This document shows positions 24,982 through 35,386 of a stretch of 64,000 nt of DNA, one piece after another. Source of the stretch: a virus. Every line of letters starts with the position of its first letter. The first letter of the stretch is position 1. The stretch is from IMG/VR virus record IMGVR_UViG_3300021057_000011, positions 35,726-99,725 of that record. One strand, given 5' to 3'. Below the pieces are notes generated by a model. That model was not told where the DNA came from. It was given only the letters and a program-made list of their open reading frames with translations, and searched no databases. A program made the position numbers and the translations under genes.

Positions 24982-26606
24982 CAGAACCACCCCTCTATGT
25001 GAAGTCCGGTTTGAAGGTAGGCCACGTTGTTGTCTCCGTAAAACGTCGCTGTGCCGCCGCTGGAGTAGTCCAGCGCGCTGATGAAATGGCTCCCCGCGGC
25101 CAACTGCCCCTTCCACCAGGCGTGCTGGGTCTGGGTCGCGCTCTGGGGGTTGTAGGTGTTGTAGCCCGAGCGGGCGGACGTGGAATCCACCCCGATCCCC
25201 GGAGCTCCGGCCGTGCTGGCCGGGGTCGTTACCTGGAGCAGGAAGCGGGCCTTGAACTGCTCGAGGCCTTCCCCCACCATGAACGTCGCACGGTAGTTCG
25301 TGCTGCCGCCATTCGGCGCAGCCCAGGTCGAGTTGTTGGCATGGGTCCAGGAATTGGCGGAATCCCAGACGCTGAAGCCGACCTCCACGCGGTTGAACTG
25401 GTTCCAGATCGACCAGAAGCCGGCGGTGGCATCGCCGCCAAAGCTCGTGGCCACTTCCCCGTCGGTCGCGGTGATCAGGATCGCGCCCACACGCTTGTAG
25501 CGGGCATCGCCATCCTTGATCCCGAAGCCGAGGGAAGTGTCGATCGCCGTGCTGCGGGTCGTGGCATTGGTCCAGGCGGCGGAGAAGGTCAGCCGCGGCA
25601 CCCCGGTGATGGCGTCGAGGAACAGGTCGTATTGGGCATTCGCCGGGCACTTAAACGTCAGCGACACGCTGCCGGTGCCGGTGGCGGCATTGTTGAGGGT
25701 GATGCTTGAGGTCGTTGGAATCGTGGCGATCGTGGTGTTGGCCGGGATGTTCGTCCCCGTCACCTTCATGCCGACCACCAGCTGATCCGTGTCGAGTCCG
25801 GTGACCGTGGTTGAGGTATTGGTGGTGCTGCCGGTCTGGGTGTCGGTGGTTTTGATGCTGGGGCTGGTGATCGTGTACTCGCGCCAGAAGATGCCCTGGG
25901 TGTCGTCTGAGAGGGACACGCGATGCCCTTTGTCCGAGGGCAGCAGGTAGATCTGGGTCTTGGCCGTCTGGCTGGTCTGAACATACGCCACTGTGCTCGA
26001 GAGTGACAGATAGCCCTCGCACAGACTCGGAGAGACCCCACGGCCGAGGTTGACCAGCTCCGGCACCGTTGTTCCTGCGCGGATCTCGGAATCGCGCAAC
26101 AGCAAGCGGGCTGAGGCATTGGTGTCCCCGGAGCCGTCGGTGAAGGTCACTTCGTCCTCGAAGACACAGTCCACGGCCAGCAGATCGGCCGCGGTGTCGT
26201 TGCCGGTGACGTTGATGTCCGCCGAGATGCCGGAGCTCCCCGGCACGCGGATCCCATCGAGAATCACATAGTGCCCGGAGGACGATACGATGTTGATCCG
26301 GTTGATTGCCACCCCGTAATTTTCCGGGCCCAGGGTGACCCCGCCGGCGAGCCCTTCGTTGGCGCTGCGGGTGAGGGCCTGGAGCGTCAGGTTCTTGTCG
26401 GTAACGGTGACGGTTTCGCTGTACGTGCCCGGGGCGATCAGGATCGAGGCGCCGCTAGCCGCGGCGTTGACAGCCGATTGGACGGTCGTGAAGGGGGTGG
26501 ATGTATTCGTGGTGTCGTCGCCGGGGTGGGACGGATCGACGACCAGGACGGCCCCGCCCGTGCCCAGGCCCCAGTTGGCGGCAGCGTTGATGGTTTTCGT
26601 GGCCAT
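24981..26606 (-). CDS. Tail fibre/spike with a beta-helix-type N-cap
   Basis: PFTTVQSAVNAAASGASILIAPGTYSE cap; fibre domain QIYLLP...AWTNATTRS...WNQFNRV; inserted T/S-rich module. Confidence 0.75.
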   Translation of the reverse strand: MATKTINAAANWGLGTGGAVLVVDPSHPGDDTTNTSTPFTTVQSAVNAAASGASILIAPGTYSETVTVTDKNLTLQALTRSANEGLAGGVTLGPENYGVAINRINIVSSSGHYVILDGIRVPGSSGISADINVTGNDTAADLLAVDCVFEDEVTFTDGSGDTNASARLLLRDSEIRAGTTVPELVNLGRGVSPSLCEGYLSLSSTVAYVQTSQTAKTQIYLLPSDKGHRVSLSDDTQGIFWREYTITSPSIKTTDTQTGSTTNTSTTVTGLDTDQLVVGMKVTGTNIPANTTIATIPTTSSITLNNAATGTGSVSLTFKCPANAQYDLFLDAITGVPRLTFSAAWTNATTRSTAIDTSLGFGIKDGDARYKRVGAILITATDGEVATSFGGDATAGFWSIWNQFNRVEVGFSVWDSANSWTHANNSTWAAPNGGSTNYRATFMVGEGLEQFKARFLLQVTTPASTAGAPGIGVDSTSARSGYNTYNPQSATQTQHAWWKGQLAAGSHFISALDYSSGGTATFYGDNNVAYLQTGLHIEGWF

Positions 26607-27484
26607 TATTGATTCACCGTTAAGCTGCCGATGCTATGCACCAGCAGGAAATCCGTGTTCGCCGCGATGCAGCGCAGGCGCGCGCAGTCATAGCGGTGCG
26701 TGCTCTCGAGGTAGCCTCCCGTGCCCGTGGCGCTGTCGCCCATCGTGGTGTGAATGACCTGGTTGGCGTTTTGGGCGATCTTCCAGCCGCCGGCCCCTTT
26801 GCCGTCGACCTCGAACTCGTCGCCAAGGGCGGCCGTGGTCGGCAGGGTGTAGGTGACCCGCGAGGCGTTGTTGGCAAAGTAGCCGTTGCCTTTGACCAGG
26901 CTTGCCGAGGTGCCAGTGGTTTCGTTCCAGATCAGTCCGCCGCCGATTTGGCCCGGCTGAAGCAGAGCGATCGTGACCGAGGTGTACTCATCGGCGCTGA
27001 GGTCCGTGACCGCGTTGCCATAGTGGACCCAGACCTTGGTGCCGGCCGTGAGGTAGGCCATCGTATCGATGTTGGTGACGAACTGGACATTTGGAACGGT
27101 GGCCCCGGCCAGGATGTTCGCTTCGGTGAACGTGTTCGTGGCGGCCGAAGCGTGGGCCATGATCGTGACGTTGGCACCGGCAACGTCGCCGCAGACCGTC
27201 GTGCTGAGGGTGTAGTAGCCGGCGATCCCAATGGTGAAGATGGAGCCGTCCGTGGCGGCGGAAGCATCGTTGTGGGTGATGGTGCCCACCGAGTACCGGG
27301 CCGTGGCGAAGCGCACGATGTTGGTGTTCGTGCTGCCTTTGGAGTTGGCCCCGATCCGGCGGATCGCATGCAAGGCGGCCGCACCGGAAAATTCCGCGCC
27401 GCCGGCATCGCGCAGGGTCGCCCCTGCCGGCAAGGTGAGGGTCTTGCCGGCCGCGTCGATGACCAGAGGAGGGTACGCGACCAT
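26606..27484 (-). CDS. Tail fibre protein (C1q-like domain + GNGYFANN...YTLP domain)
   Basis: FTIGIAGYYTLS...YLTAGTKVWV C1q-like jelly roll; C-terminal fibre motif. Confidence 0.65.
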   Translation of the reverse strand: MVAYPPLVIDAAGKTLTLPAGATLRDAGGAEFSGAAALHAIRRIGANSKGSTNTNIVRFATARYSVGTITHNDASAATDGSIFTIGIAGYYTLSTTVCGDVAGANVTIMAHASAATNTFTEANILAGATVPNVQFVTNIDTMAYLTAGTKVWVHYGNAVTDLSADEYTSVTIALLQPGQIGGGLIWNETTGTSASLVKGNGYFANNASRVTYTLPTTAALGDEFEVDGKGAGGWKIAQNANQVIHTTMGDSATGTGGYLESTHRYDCARLRCIAANTDFLLVHSIGSLTVNQ

Positions 27485-27485
27485 G

Positions 27486-28319
27486 TTAGCCGTCGTTCGG
27501 TTCGAGCTGCAGCATCAGGTAGCCGACCGTGTCCAGCGGCGCGAAGGAGCTGGTCGTGACCTGCATTCCGATCACGTCCCCGGCGGCCACGGCGTAGTTG
27601 CTGTGCAGGCCGTAGGCGACCGTGGCGGAATCCTTCTGGGTATCCGTCCCGTCGATGACCAGATTCAAGCCCGTCTGCGTCAAGGCCGTACCGTTGACCG
27701 TGGGCTTGACCGTGATCGAGCCGGCGGTCCGAGCGTTTTTCATCCGGATGCTCGCCCCGACGAGATAGCCCGCGCGGGGGGCGGTGAATTCCATCACCTG
27801 CGCATCGGTGAGCTGGTTCTGACCGTCGAGATAAAACGTCTGCAAAAACTGCTCGCGGCGGCGGGTGGTTTTCTGCTCGACGAAGTTGATGTTGCTGCTG
27901 CCGACGGTCAGGCCGCCCATGGAATCGAGCAGCCAGACCGTGTTGCCAAACCGGGTCCCCTCGGTGATGCCGACGAGCACCGTGGCGTTGACTTCGGCCG
28001 AGGTGTCCATGTCGCTGTGGCGGACCCAGGTGCCGTTGGCCCCCGTCCCCAGGGTCTGGATCGTGTAGAGGCCGTTTTCGGTCGCATCGGTGTTGCCGGC
28101 GACCAGCACGGTGTCGGAGCCCGTCAGGGAGATCCCATCGTAGGTGTCCGGGGCGCTGCCGGCGAGGGTGATGTTGGTGGTCGTGACCACGCGGGCCTTG
28201 TGGGTGATTTTGTTGGTGTTGCCACCGACGCCATTGCCGCCAACGTCCTGCAGGGTATCGCCGCTGGGCAGCGGTGCCGGTTTGCCGTCAACCAGGACCA
28301 AAGGGGTGCGAGGTGCCAT
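27486..28319 (-). CDS. Tail fibre/whisker structural protein
   Basis: KARVVTTTNITLAG...DGISL...VLVAGNTDATENGLY motif common in phage fibre proteins. Confidence 0.7.
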   Translation of the reverse strand: MAPRTPLVLVDGKPAPLPSGDTLQDVGGNGVGGNTNKITHKARVVTTTNITLAGSAPDTYDGISLTGSDTVLVAGNTDATENGLYTIQTLGTGANGTWVRHSDMDTSAEVNATVLVGITEGTRFGNTVWLLDSMGGLTVGSSNINFVEQKTTRRREQFLQTFYLDGQNQLTDAQVMEFTAPRAGYLVGASIRMKNARTAGSITVKPTVNGTALTQTGLNLVIDGTDTQKDSATVAYGLHSNYAVAAGDVIGMQVTTSSFAPLDTVGYLMLQLEPNDG

Positions 28320-28329
28320 GGGGGTCTCC

Positions 28330-28725
28330 TTAACTCATCAACAGGGTTATTTTGCCGGCATTGGTAGCCGGGGCGTAGCCGGTATTCGTCATGTGGACCG
28401 TCAGCCGGTCGTTGTCCACACAGGCGACGTCCGCAGCGATTTCCGCTCGGGTCGGGTTGCTGTTGTTGATCGTGACGACAATCCCAGCGACCGCCACGCC
28501 GTTTTTTTTCAGCTGGAAGGTCAGGGTTCCCGCCGTTCGGGGGCTGACCAGTTCCACCCCCAGGTTCCGGACCCGACCAGGGGCCTGGCAGGTATAAAAA
28601 AAGACCTGGGTATCGCTGGCGGGATTGGCGCCGTCGACAAAGACTTCGCCCACGAGGGGATAGTTGCCGAACGTGGTGCGATCCCCGCTGGCGCCTCCTT
28701 CTCGTGGGCGAAAGTTCTGCAGCAT
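28330..28725 (-). CDS. Small beta-sandwich virion protein
   Basis: Resembles the C-terminal domain of the neighbouring gene (AGTLTFQLKKNG vs AGSITVKPTVNG). Confidence 0.6.
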   Translation of the reverse strand: MLQNFRPREGGASGDRTTFGNYPLVGEVFVDGANPASDTQVFFYTCQAPGRVRNLGVELVSPRTAGTLTFQLKKNGVAVAGIVVTINNSNPTRAEIAADVACVDNDRLTVHMTNTGYAPATNAGKITLLMS

Positions 28726-28733
28726 TCAGGGCC

Positions 28734-29075
28734 TCAAAAAATATTCGAGGTTTCGGTCTTGTGCCCGTAGGCGCGCAGACCGGTGGCCGAGCCGGTGATG
28801 ATTAGGGCCTTGCCCAGCTCGACCGGGACGTTTTCCAGCAGGGCTTTGGTGGTCTTGGGCGGGACTTCCACCACCAGCGTCGGGTTCGCCGCTCCCAGCT
28901 GCACAGTGGCATCCAGGGTGGTGCTGCCGGAGTTGTTGACCATCACGTTCACCACGTCGATGCGCGGCGGGGTGCTGGCACCGATGTGCACGGTCGTGGC
29001 CGAGTTGGCAATCGTGATCGGCACAAAGGTCGGCGAAACGCTCAGGGGCATGTAAGGCTTGTCAGGCTGGGTCAT
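28734..29075 (-). CDS. Small beta-rich virion protein
   Basis: Operon position and composition. Confidence 0.6.
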   Translation of the reverse strand: MTQPDKPYMPLSVSPTFVPITIANSATTVHIGASTPPRIDVVNVMVNNSGSTTLDATVQLGAANPTLVVEVPPKTTKALLENVPVELGKALIITGSATGLRAYGHKTETSNIF

Positions 29076-29090
29076 GGGGATAGACTCCTT

Positions 29091-29504
29091 CTATTGTCCT
29101 AAAGTGAAAAAGATTTTCCCGGTGGACCCGGGGGTCCGGGTACGCATGTAAAGGGTGTCCTTTCGCGTGCGCAACCGAATGTCTGCGCCCCGACGCGCGT
29201 ACTTGCGCGCGGGGGAATACAGTTCCGACGCCAGCTCCCCAACACCGGGCGCCGGGGGATCGTCGGTCCCGTTTTCTTGGAACGACCAGTAGACCCCGTC
29301 GGCAACGTCCTCACAGTCGAAGACGATGAACGCGGTCTTGACCGGCAGATCCACCACGAACTCGTCTCCGGCACTCAGGCTTTGATCGGCGAGGATTTCG
29401 GCGATGTCGACCTCCCAGCCTTGGGGATCGGCGGGCGTGGTCAACGCGGCCAGCTCATCCATGGACACGCCCGTGCTGGGCAGCTCGAGCTCGAGGTCAG
29501 CCAT
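29091..29504 (-). CDS. Small acidic beta-rich virion protein
   Basis: Operon position. Confidence 0.6.
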   Translation of the reverse strand: MADLELELPSTGVSMDELAALTTPADPQGWEVDIAEILADQSLSAGDEFVVDLPVKTAFIVFDCEDVADGVYWSFQENGTDDPPAPGVGELASELYSPARKYARRGADIRLRTRKDTLYMRTRTPGSTGKIFFTLGQ

Positions 29505-29883
29505 TGCGGACCTCCCGCTCTGGATGGATGTGGTGCACGGCGGCGTCGATTGCGGCTTCGATCCGGGACGGGGTCATCGCCGGGAACTCCATGCCGAGCT
29601 TGCCCATCACTGCGTCCTTGAGCTGCGTGCCCTCCAAGGTCGGGACCCTGGGGTCGTTGCGCGACCGACGCTGGGCTTCTTGGGCCGCCGCGACATATTG
29701 CAGCGCGAGGCTTTCGAGCATGCGCTGCTGTTCGGCGTTGATCTGAAGGTCTTTGGTGGCCGCGTTGCGCTGCAGGGCCGCGTTGAGCTGGTAGACCAGA
29801 TAGGGGGTCAGCACCGACACGACGATCGGAGAGAGATCGACGATCAGCTGCGATACCGCGTGGGTGAGGGGGGTCAGGTCCAT
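29497..29883 (-). CDS. Holin-like protein (LL-H type architecture)
   Basis: N-terminal hydrophobic helix, VAAAQE..., LKDAVMGKL...IEAAIDAAV pattern. Confidence 0.6.
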   Translation of the reverse strand: MDLTPLTHAVSQLIVDLSPIVVSVLTPYLVYQLNAALQRNAATKDLQINAEQQRMLESLALQYVAAAQEAQRRSRNDPRVPTLEGTQLKDAVMGKLGMEFPAMTPSRIEAAIDAAVHHIHPEREVRNG

Positions 29884-29956
29884 ACAATGCTCCCGGTCAG
29901 ATTCGAGCGAAGAGGGTTTACCGGGGAGCGGGGAGGGACCAATCTGTGTTTCCCTG

Positions 29957-29965
29957 ACTATAACA
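29957..29965 (-). promoter_or_regulatory. Extended -10 promoter candidate for holin/fibre genes
   Basis: TG-T-TATAGT inside a 7-bp inverted repeat AATCTGT...ACAGATT; no good -35. Confidence 0.35.
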
Positions 29966-30008
29966 GATTGTACTTTTGGCAGCCAGAAACAGATCCGAAA
30001 AGAGGGGG

Positions 30009-32912
30009 TCACACCTTGAGACCCAGGGTTGGAAACAAAGGCCGGACAAAGATCTTGGCCAGTGTGCCGCCGCCGTATTTGGTGCCCGCGCCGGCATTTT
30101 TGACGTTCTGGGTGTTCATGTTTGTGCCGGCGGGAAACACCTGGGTGGGTTTGGACAGCCCGTACGAGGAGGCCCCGGTGCCAAAGACCTTGTTGATTAC
30201 GGTGCTGTTGGCGTCCCACCAGTCGCGGAAGCCATGCCAAGACGGGCCGTAGACGCTGTCGGAATCAATCGCTCCGGTGCCCATTTCGATCGTGATGTTG
30301 CCGGTTTCGTAGGGGTAGAGCTGGGCCGGGTCTTCCGGGCAGGCCGCCGGCAGGATGCGCATCTCCGTGCCCACGGTCGTGCCCGGGTCGATCACGGTTT
30401 CCGCCCCGTCGATCACCGGCGGCAGCCAGATTTCCACCGGGATCTTGTAGCAGACGATGCTCGAGGAAAAGTCCCGCGCGCCATAGAGGGGGGTGCCGTC
30501 GTAAACCTGGTCCTCGAGCACGGGCCGCAGCTCGTTCTCGAGGAAGTCCTGCTCCTCGGGCGGCAGGGTCGGGTAGAGGGATTCATAGCCGTGCGGGCTG
30601 TACGGGGTGCTTTCCCACCAGTAGTCGAAGGTGTACTGGTCCGGGTCGGGGCCGGTATTGATCGCCGTGCAGCGGGCATTGAGGTGCCAGTACCCCGGCG
30701 GCAGGGCAAACAGCGAGCTCCACAGGCTGAAGGTTTGCACGTACGGTACGCGGGTGACCCCCGTCAGTGTGCTCAGCGGCCCGTACTCCGTGAACGAGGT
30801 CGTGATCAGGTCGTTGTCCAGCCAGGGGGCCTGGGCGGTCACCTCGTTGGCGTAGCTCAGCTCCCAGACCGGGGGATCGTATTCGTGCGCGGTCGGCCGC
30901 GGAATTTCCAGCACCGGTCCGCTGCCGATCTTGACCCAAAACTTCGTGGGCACATTGAAGGCCCCCACGTACAGGCTCTCCCAGCTTTGGTAGGGCAATT
31001 CGCCATCGGGCAGCAGCTGGGCGGGTGTTGGCGAGAGGAAATTGGTGGTGCTGTAGCAGCGCCAGTAGTGCACGTAAAAGGTCAAATGGTGGCAGTAGGG
31101 TTCGAGCTCGGCAAAGGTATCGGGGGTCTCTGCCGGCGCCCGGTTGAGGACATAGGAGGCCTTGGGGCAGAGCTCGTCGGTCTGAAAGTTCCAGCCGTTG
31201 TCGACCTCGTTGGAATAGCCCAGGGTCACGTGCGGCCGCAAATCGTTGGTGATCAGCTCCAGATCATCGGTGTGAGTTTCGAGCACCGAGCTCAGCAGCA
31301 CCGATTTGGCCACGGGCTTTTGGGCCGCCTCGAAGCGCTGGGTGTATTTGAGTTCTTCGACCGCGCGGCCGAAGGGTCCAAAGCGATGGCCCGTGGAATT
31401 TTCCGGAAACTGGATGTGATCGATCACCCCCAATTCGCGAATGCGATGGTCCCCGCTCGAGGTCAGCGGGGGGCCGAAGGAGGTGAACAGATCGCCGGCA
31501 TCGAGTGCGGCATTGTCCGCGCTCAGGGCAAAAGGGAACAGGGCAAACAGCGTCGAACCGTCCTGAGATTCCTGAATGGTTTTCAGGGCCTGGCCCTGAT
31601 AAAAGTGCCGGTCAAACACGGCTTTGGGCCGGTTGTAGGCCGGCAGGTACCAGGCGCTGGTGACGACCTCTGATCCGTTGAGGGTTTCGTTGCTGAGCTG
31701 GAAGTACTGGCTATGCGCCAGCTTGACCCGGATCCAGCGGGTGTCGGTGGTCACCGCATTGGCGTAGCGGTAGCAAAAGGGTCCGTTCTCCAGCGAGACG
31801 AAGTAGCCGGGGTTGGAGACCAGGTAGCTGATCGCGCCGCCGAGCGGCACGCGCTCGCTGAGTCGGTTCATGTCGATCACGAATTCCTGCACCATGCAGT
31901 GCGCGGCGATGAAGTCCGCATCGATGGTTTCGCCGGCCTCGATCGTACTCAGCGGGGCCAGGGAGAGCCAGTCGGTGTAAATCTGGTTCATGATCCGGAT
32001 CCCGTGGACCGGCAGATGGTCGCTGGAGAGCTCGTCGGTCGTGGCGCCGGGGGTCTGGTTGAGCACCGGGTGGCCTTTGACCATCGTGATCGAGTAGGCC
32101 GGGTCGGTGTCGATCTGCTGCTTGGGGGTCAACCCGGAAATCACCTTGCCGATGTCGGTGTTGTAGACATTGAAGGGCGTGTCGAGGGTGTCATCGGCCG
32201 GATTGAGCGAGCCCCACATCTGCTGGCCGACGGCGGTGGCCCCGAGGGAATCCTGGGTGGTGAAGCTGAACGGCCCGTACAGGGCATACGGACCTGGTGG
32301 CAGGATGCTGAGGCGGTTGACTTTCTGTTTGATCGCGGTGCTGAATTCCGGGTAGACATCGAAGGTCACCACGGTGATCGGCGGCGGACTGGCGTTGAGG
32401 TCGAACTGGTTGCTGTCGCAGCTGTAATCGGCGTAGAGATCGCCATAGTCGAAGTCGGAGGCAAACGGGCGGGTGTCGCTGGCGAGAAAGGGCGTGCTCG
32501 CATTCAGCCAGCCGGAATCGAAGCCCACCGGCCAGCACTTCGGGCCGCCATAGAGAAAGACCTCGCTCACGCGGTTCTGGCCCCGGTTGCTGCTGCTGAG
32601 CATAGAGCCGGAGTAAAAATGGGCGTAGACGGTGCAAAAGGAGAGCACATGGATCGGATGCCCAGTCGGGTAGCTGGGAAAGATGCGCGGCGGGGGGTCT
32701 CCCACATCCGAGACCCGGACCTGGCGGCCCGTGGCGCGGTGCACGACCGATCGCCGGGGCTCAAGCGGAGTTACCCGACCGTTCTCGACCCAGACCTGTT
32801 CGCCGGCGCGAATACCGGCAAAGCCCGGGACTCGGATCAGGGTCCGGCCCTGGACGGCCAGATCGACCGTTCGATCGGGGTGAACGTAGCGAACCAGACC
32901 GCGTAGTTTCAT
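30009..32912 (-). CDS. Large tail-tip/baseplate protein (967 aa)
   Basis: ATGA overlap at MKLRG; aromatic/Pro/beta-rich; located in the tail-tip cluster. Confidence 0.65.
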   Translation of the reverse strand: MKLRGLVRYVHPDRTVDLAVQGRTLIRVPGFAGIRAGEQVWVENGRVTPLEPRRSVVHRATGRQVRVSDVGDPPPRIFPSYPTGHPIHVLSFCTVYAHFYSGSMLSSSNRGQNRVSEVFLYGGPKCWPVGFDSGWLNASTPFLASDTRPFASDFDYGDLYADYSCDSNQFDLNASPPPITVVTFDVYPEFSTAIKQKVNRLSILPPGPYALYGPFSFTTQDSLGATAVGQQMWGSLNPADDTLDTPFNVYNTDIGKVISGLTPKQQIDTDPAYSITMVKGHPVLNQTPGATTDELSSDHLPVHGIRIMNQIYTDWLSLAPLSTIEAGETIDADFIAAHCMVQEFVIDMNRLSERVPLGGAISYLVSNPGYFVSLENGPFCYRYANAVTTDTRWIRVKLAHSQYFQLSNETLNGSEVVTSAWYLPAYNRPKAVFDRHFYQGQALKTIQESQDGSTLFALFPFALSADNAALDAGDLFTSFGPPLTSSGDHRIRELGVIDHIQFPENSTGHRFGPFGRAVEELKYTQRFEAAQKPVAKSVLLSSVLETHTDDLELITNDLRPHVTLGYSNEVDNGWNFQTDELCPKASYVLNRAPAETPDTFAELEPYCHHLTFYVHYWRCYSTTNFLSPTPAQLLPDGELPYQSWESLYVGAFNVPTKFWVKIGSGPVLEIPRPTAHEYDPPVWELSYANEVTAQAPWLDNDLITTSFTEYGPLSTLTGVTRVPYVQTFSLWSSLFALPPGYWHLNARCTAINTGPDPDQYTFDYWWESTPYSPHGYESLYPTLPPEEQDFLENELRPVLEDQVYDGTPLYGARDFSSSIVCYKIPVEIWLPPVIDGAETVIDPGTTVGTEMRILPAACPEDPAQLYPYETGNITIEMGTGAIDSDSVYGPSWHGFRDWWDANSTVINKVFGTGASSYGLSKPTQVFPAGTNMNTQNVKNAGAGTKYGGGTLAKIFVRPLFPTLGLKV

Positions 32913-35386
32913 AATACCGGCAGGGCTCCGGCCTCGTAAGTCCACAGAAAGCCGCGGCGGCTGAGGGAAAACGACGCCCCGATCAGCTGACTTTGAACCC
33001 CATCGACCGTAATTTCGCCTCCCAGCGGCGGGGCGTGAAAGGTTTCCCCGACGGCGGTGACCGAAAAGCGGGTGTAGGGTTCGGTGACATAGGCAAAGAT
33101 TTTCTGAGCCAGCTGTTCAAGGTGAGACCCCCTGTCCAAAAAATCGGTGATCAGATCGCTCGTGACGTCCTTGGTGTTGCGGTTGCCGAAGGCCTTGAGT
33201 CCCTGCGCCACATCGATGTCAGCCTCTTCGGAAATCCCGCTGTAGTAGGTGAAGGGTCCCAGCACCTTGCTGATGGCGCAGATACCGGGGTAGCATTTCC
33301 GGCGCAGGCCGTACAAGGCCCAGCTGCAGCTAATGGTTTCGTTGTTCTCCTCACACAGGCCGGAATCCTGAAAGGGCAGCAGTTTGCCCGTGCTCGAGAT
33401 TTTTTGCCGCAGCGGGACGGCGGTGCTGATCCGGCCGCGGGCAAAGGAGTAGTTTCCGGTATGGGCAATGGCCGAAGCGGTGTTGGTATACACCCGCGCG
33501 TAATCCGGCCGCCGGGTGCCGTCGGTGTCCGGATGCTCCTCGATCCGGTTGATGTACAGGGCATTGGCCAGCTGCTTGTTCTCCCGGTTGAACGCTTCCA
33601 GGGCATTGGTGTCCTCTACAAAATTGTTGTCCGTGACCACGGGGCCCCCGGTGACATCGATATTGGAGGCATAGTCCCGGGTCGGCAGAATGCACTGGCT
33701 GTTGGTGCGCTCTCCCCAGATTTCGCGTAAATGAAAGGCCAAGGTCGGGCAGTTGCTGGGGCGGTCGGGGTGGTCCTCGTAACCGTCCATGTGAATGTCG
33801 ACATAGTCCTTGCCTTCCACGAAGGTGGCGGTCCCAAACAGATCGGTGTAGAAGCTGTCGGTGGGATTGATCTTCGTGACGATGATGGGCTTGTCGAGGT
33901 ATTTTTTCGTTTGCCGCACGGGGGTGAAGCGGGCATCCACCGGGATGGATCCGTCCGGGTTGAAGCTGGCAGTGAAGCCGTAGCCACTGGGAGTAATCCC
34001 TTCGTAATCGGCCGGCATCGAAAAGGTATAGGCCGACAGGCCAGGGTTCATGTTCAGTTCCGTCATCACCGTCTGACTGGTTTGTCCCGGGCCGACCAGG
34101 GTCATCTGCTGCCCGTCGGGGATGAAGCCCTGCATGCCAAGCTCATCCGGGGCCAGATCCGAGGGAATCACGTAAATGAAGGGATGAATATCCCCCGGCG
34201 CCGGCAGGAGGGTCTGCGCATGGTTCCAGCGGATCAGGACCCGGTAGTTTGTTTTTGCCAGTGTGTATTCCTCGAGCAAGGTGTTGAGGTCCAGCTTCTT
34301 GGCCTTGAGCTGCTGGGCGTTGATGAACTTGAACATCCGCTTGTAATCGACGGTCTCCGCGCGTAGTAACTCGTAGTCCCAGACCGACACCACTTCCGCC
34401 GTCGATTTGATGTAGCTCGTGATCGGGTGGGCGGCCGAGTCTTTTTCCTGGTTGTACAGGATGCGGATTTCGTACCAAGCGTTGTCGTTGACGGCAGCCT
34501 TGGCGGTTTCAATGTTCGTGTAGAGGGTCGTGAGCGGAAACTGCCAGATTTTGTCCGGCTGGACCACGCCTTCGCCAAAGGAGATGTCCTTGACCGAGGT
34601 GGGCCCGGCCTCGAAGGTGAGGGTGGTGATCTTTTCCGGCAGGCCGGCGTAGACCGAGTTGTAGGGGGTCATCTCCGAGCTCGCCCGGACCACGACCTGG
34701 TCGAACTCGCTGGTGGCGACGGTGTAATCGAAATCACTCGTCAGCCGGTCGCAGGACACCTGGACCGATCCATGGGGGTTGCGCCCACCCCAGGGGATGA
34801 AGAGCAGCTGGTTGTTGTAAAGCACCAGGTTCATTCCGGCTGGCTGCGCCAGGGCCTGGAGCTCCTCATACAGCGGCCGGCTGCCGGAGATGTCCCGCTT
34901 GAAGATGCGGTAGTCGATAAAGGGACCGCAGAACTGGAACACCAGCCCGTGCTCGGTGCAGAGTTTGTTCACCAGGGTGGAGAATTTCAGATCGGCGACG
35001 AGCTCGACAGTGGGGTCTTTGGCGTAAATGCTGCGGTCGTTGAGGTGGAGCGGGGCCGTCCCGTCCGGGAGCAGCCAGTCGTACGTGGCGAGATAGGTCT
35101 TGGGCCGGATGTGGTTGAGTGCTGGGGGAAAGATGCGGCCGACCACCCGGACCGTTTTGCCGGCGGACCCCTTGCCGTAGGTGACGTCGTCGATCACGCC
35201 CTGCAGGCTGTCGTAGACCGTGCAGATCGTTTTCGAGGCGAAGCTCGGCACGCCCGGTTCGTTGGCAAAGACGAAGGAAAAGGTCCCGCCGTCGAGGCGA
35301 AAGCTGCACTCGGCCGAGACCAGGTAGTCGGCCGACACCCCCAAAAAGGCGGGCACATGGATCTGCAGCTCACGGGGCGCACTCAT
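32909..35386 (-). CDS. Tail hub/Tal-like protein (825 aa)
   Basis: Late-control-D-like layout (size, GLVF...LQALAQPAGMNLVLYNNQLLF; C-terminal PLGGEITVDG). Confidence 0.6.
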   Translation of the reverse strand: MSAPRELQIHVPAFLGVSADYLVSAECSFRLDGGTFSFVFANEPGVPSFASKTICTVYDSLQGVIDDVTYGKGSAGKTVRVVGRIFPPALNHIRPKTYLATYDWLLPDGTAPLHLNDRSIYAKDPTVELVADLKFSTLVNKLCTEHGLVFQFCGPFIDYRIFKRDISGSRPLYEELQALAQPAGMNLVLYNNQLLFIPWGGRNPHGSVQVSCDRLTSDFDYTVATSEFDQVVVRASSEMTPYNSVYAGLPEKITTLTFEAGPTSVKDISFGEGVVQPDKIWQFPLTTLYTNIETAKAAVNDNAWYEIRILYNQEKDSAAHPITSYIKSTAEVVSVWDYELLRAETVDYKRMFKFINAQQLKAKKLDLNTLLEEYTLAKTNYRVLIRWNHAQTLLPAPGDIHPFIYVIPSDLAPDELGMQGFIPDGQQMTLVGPGQTSQTVMTELNMNPGLSAYTFSMPADYEGITPSGYGFTASFNPDGSIPVDARFTPVRQTKKYLDKPIIVTKINPTDSFYTDLFGTATFVEGKDYVDIHMDGYEDHPDRPSNCPTLAFHLREIWGERTNSQCILPTRDYASNIDVTGGPVVTDNNFVEDTNALEAFNRENKQLANALYINRIEEHPDTDGTRRPDYARVYTNTASAIAHTGNYSFARGRISTAVPLRQKISSTGKLLPFQDSGLCEENNETISCSWALYGLRRKCYPGICAISKVLGPFTYYSGISEEADIDVAQGLKAFGNRNTKDVTSDLITDFLDRGSHLEQLAQKIFAYVTEPYTRFSVTAVGETFHAPPLGGEITVDGVQSQLIGASFSLSRRGFLWTYEAGALPVL

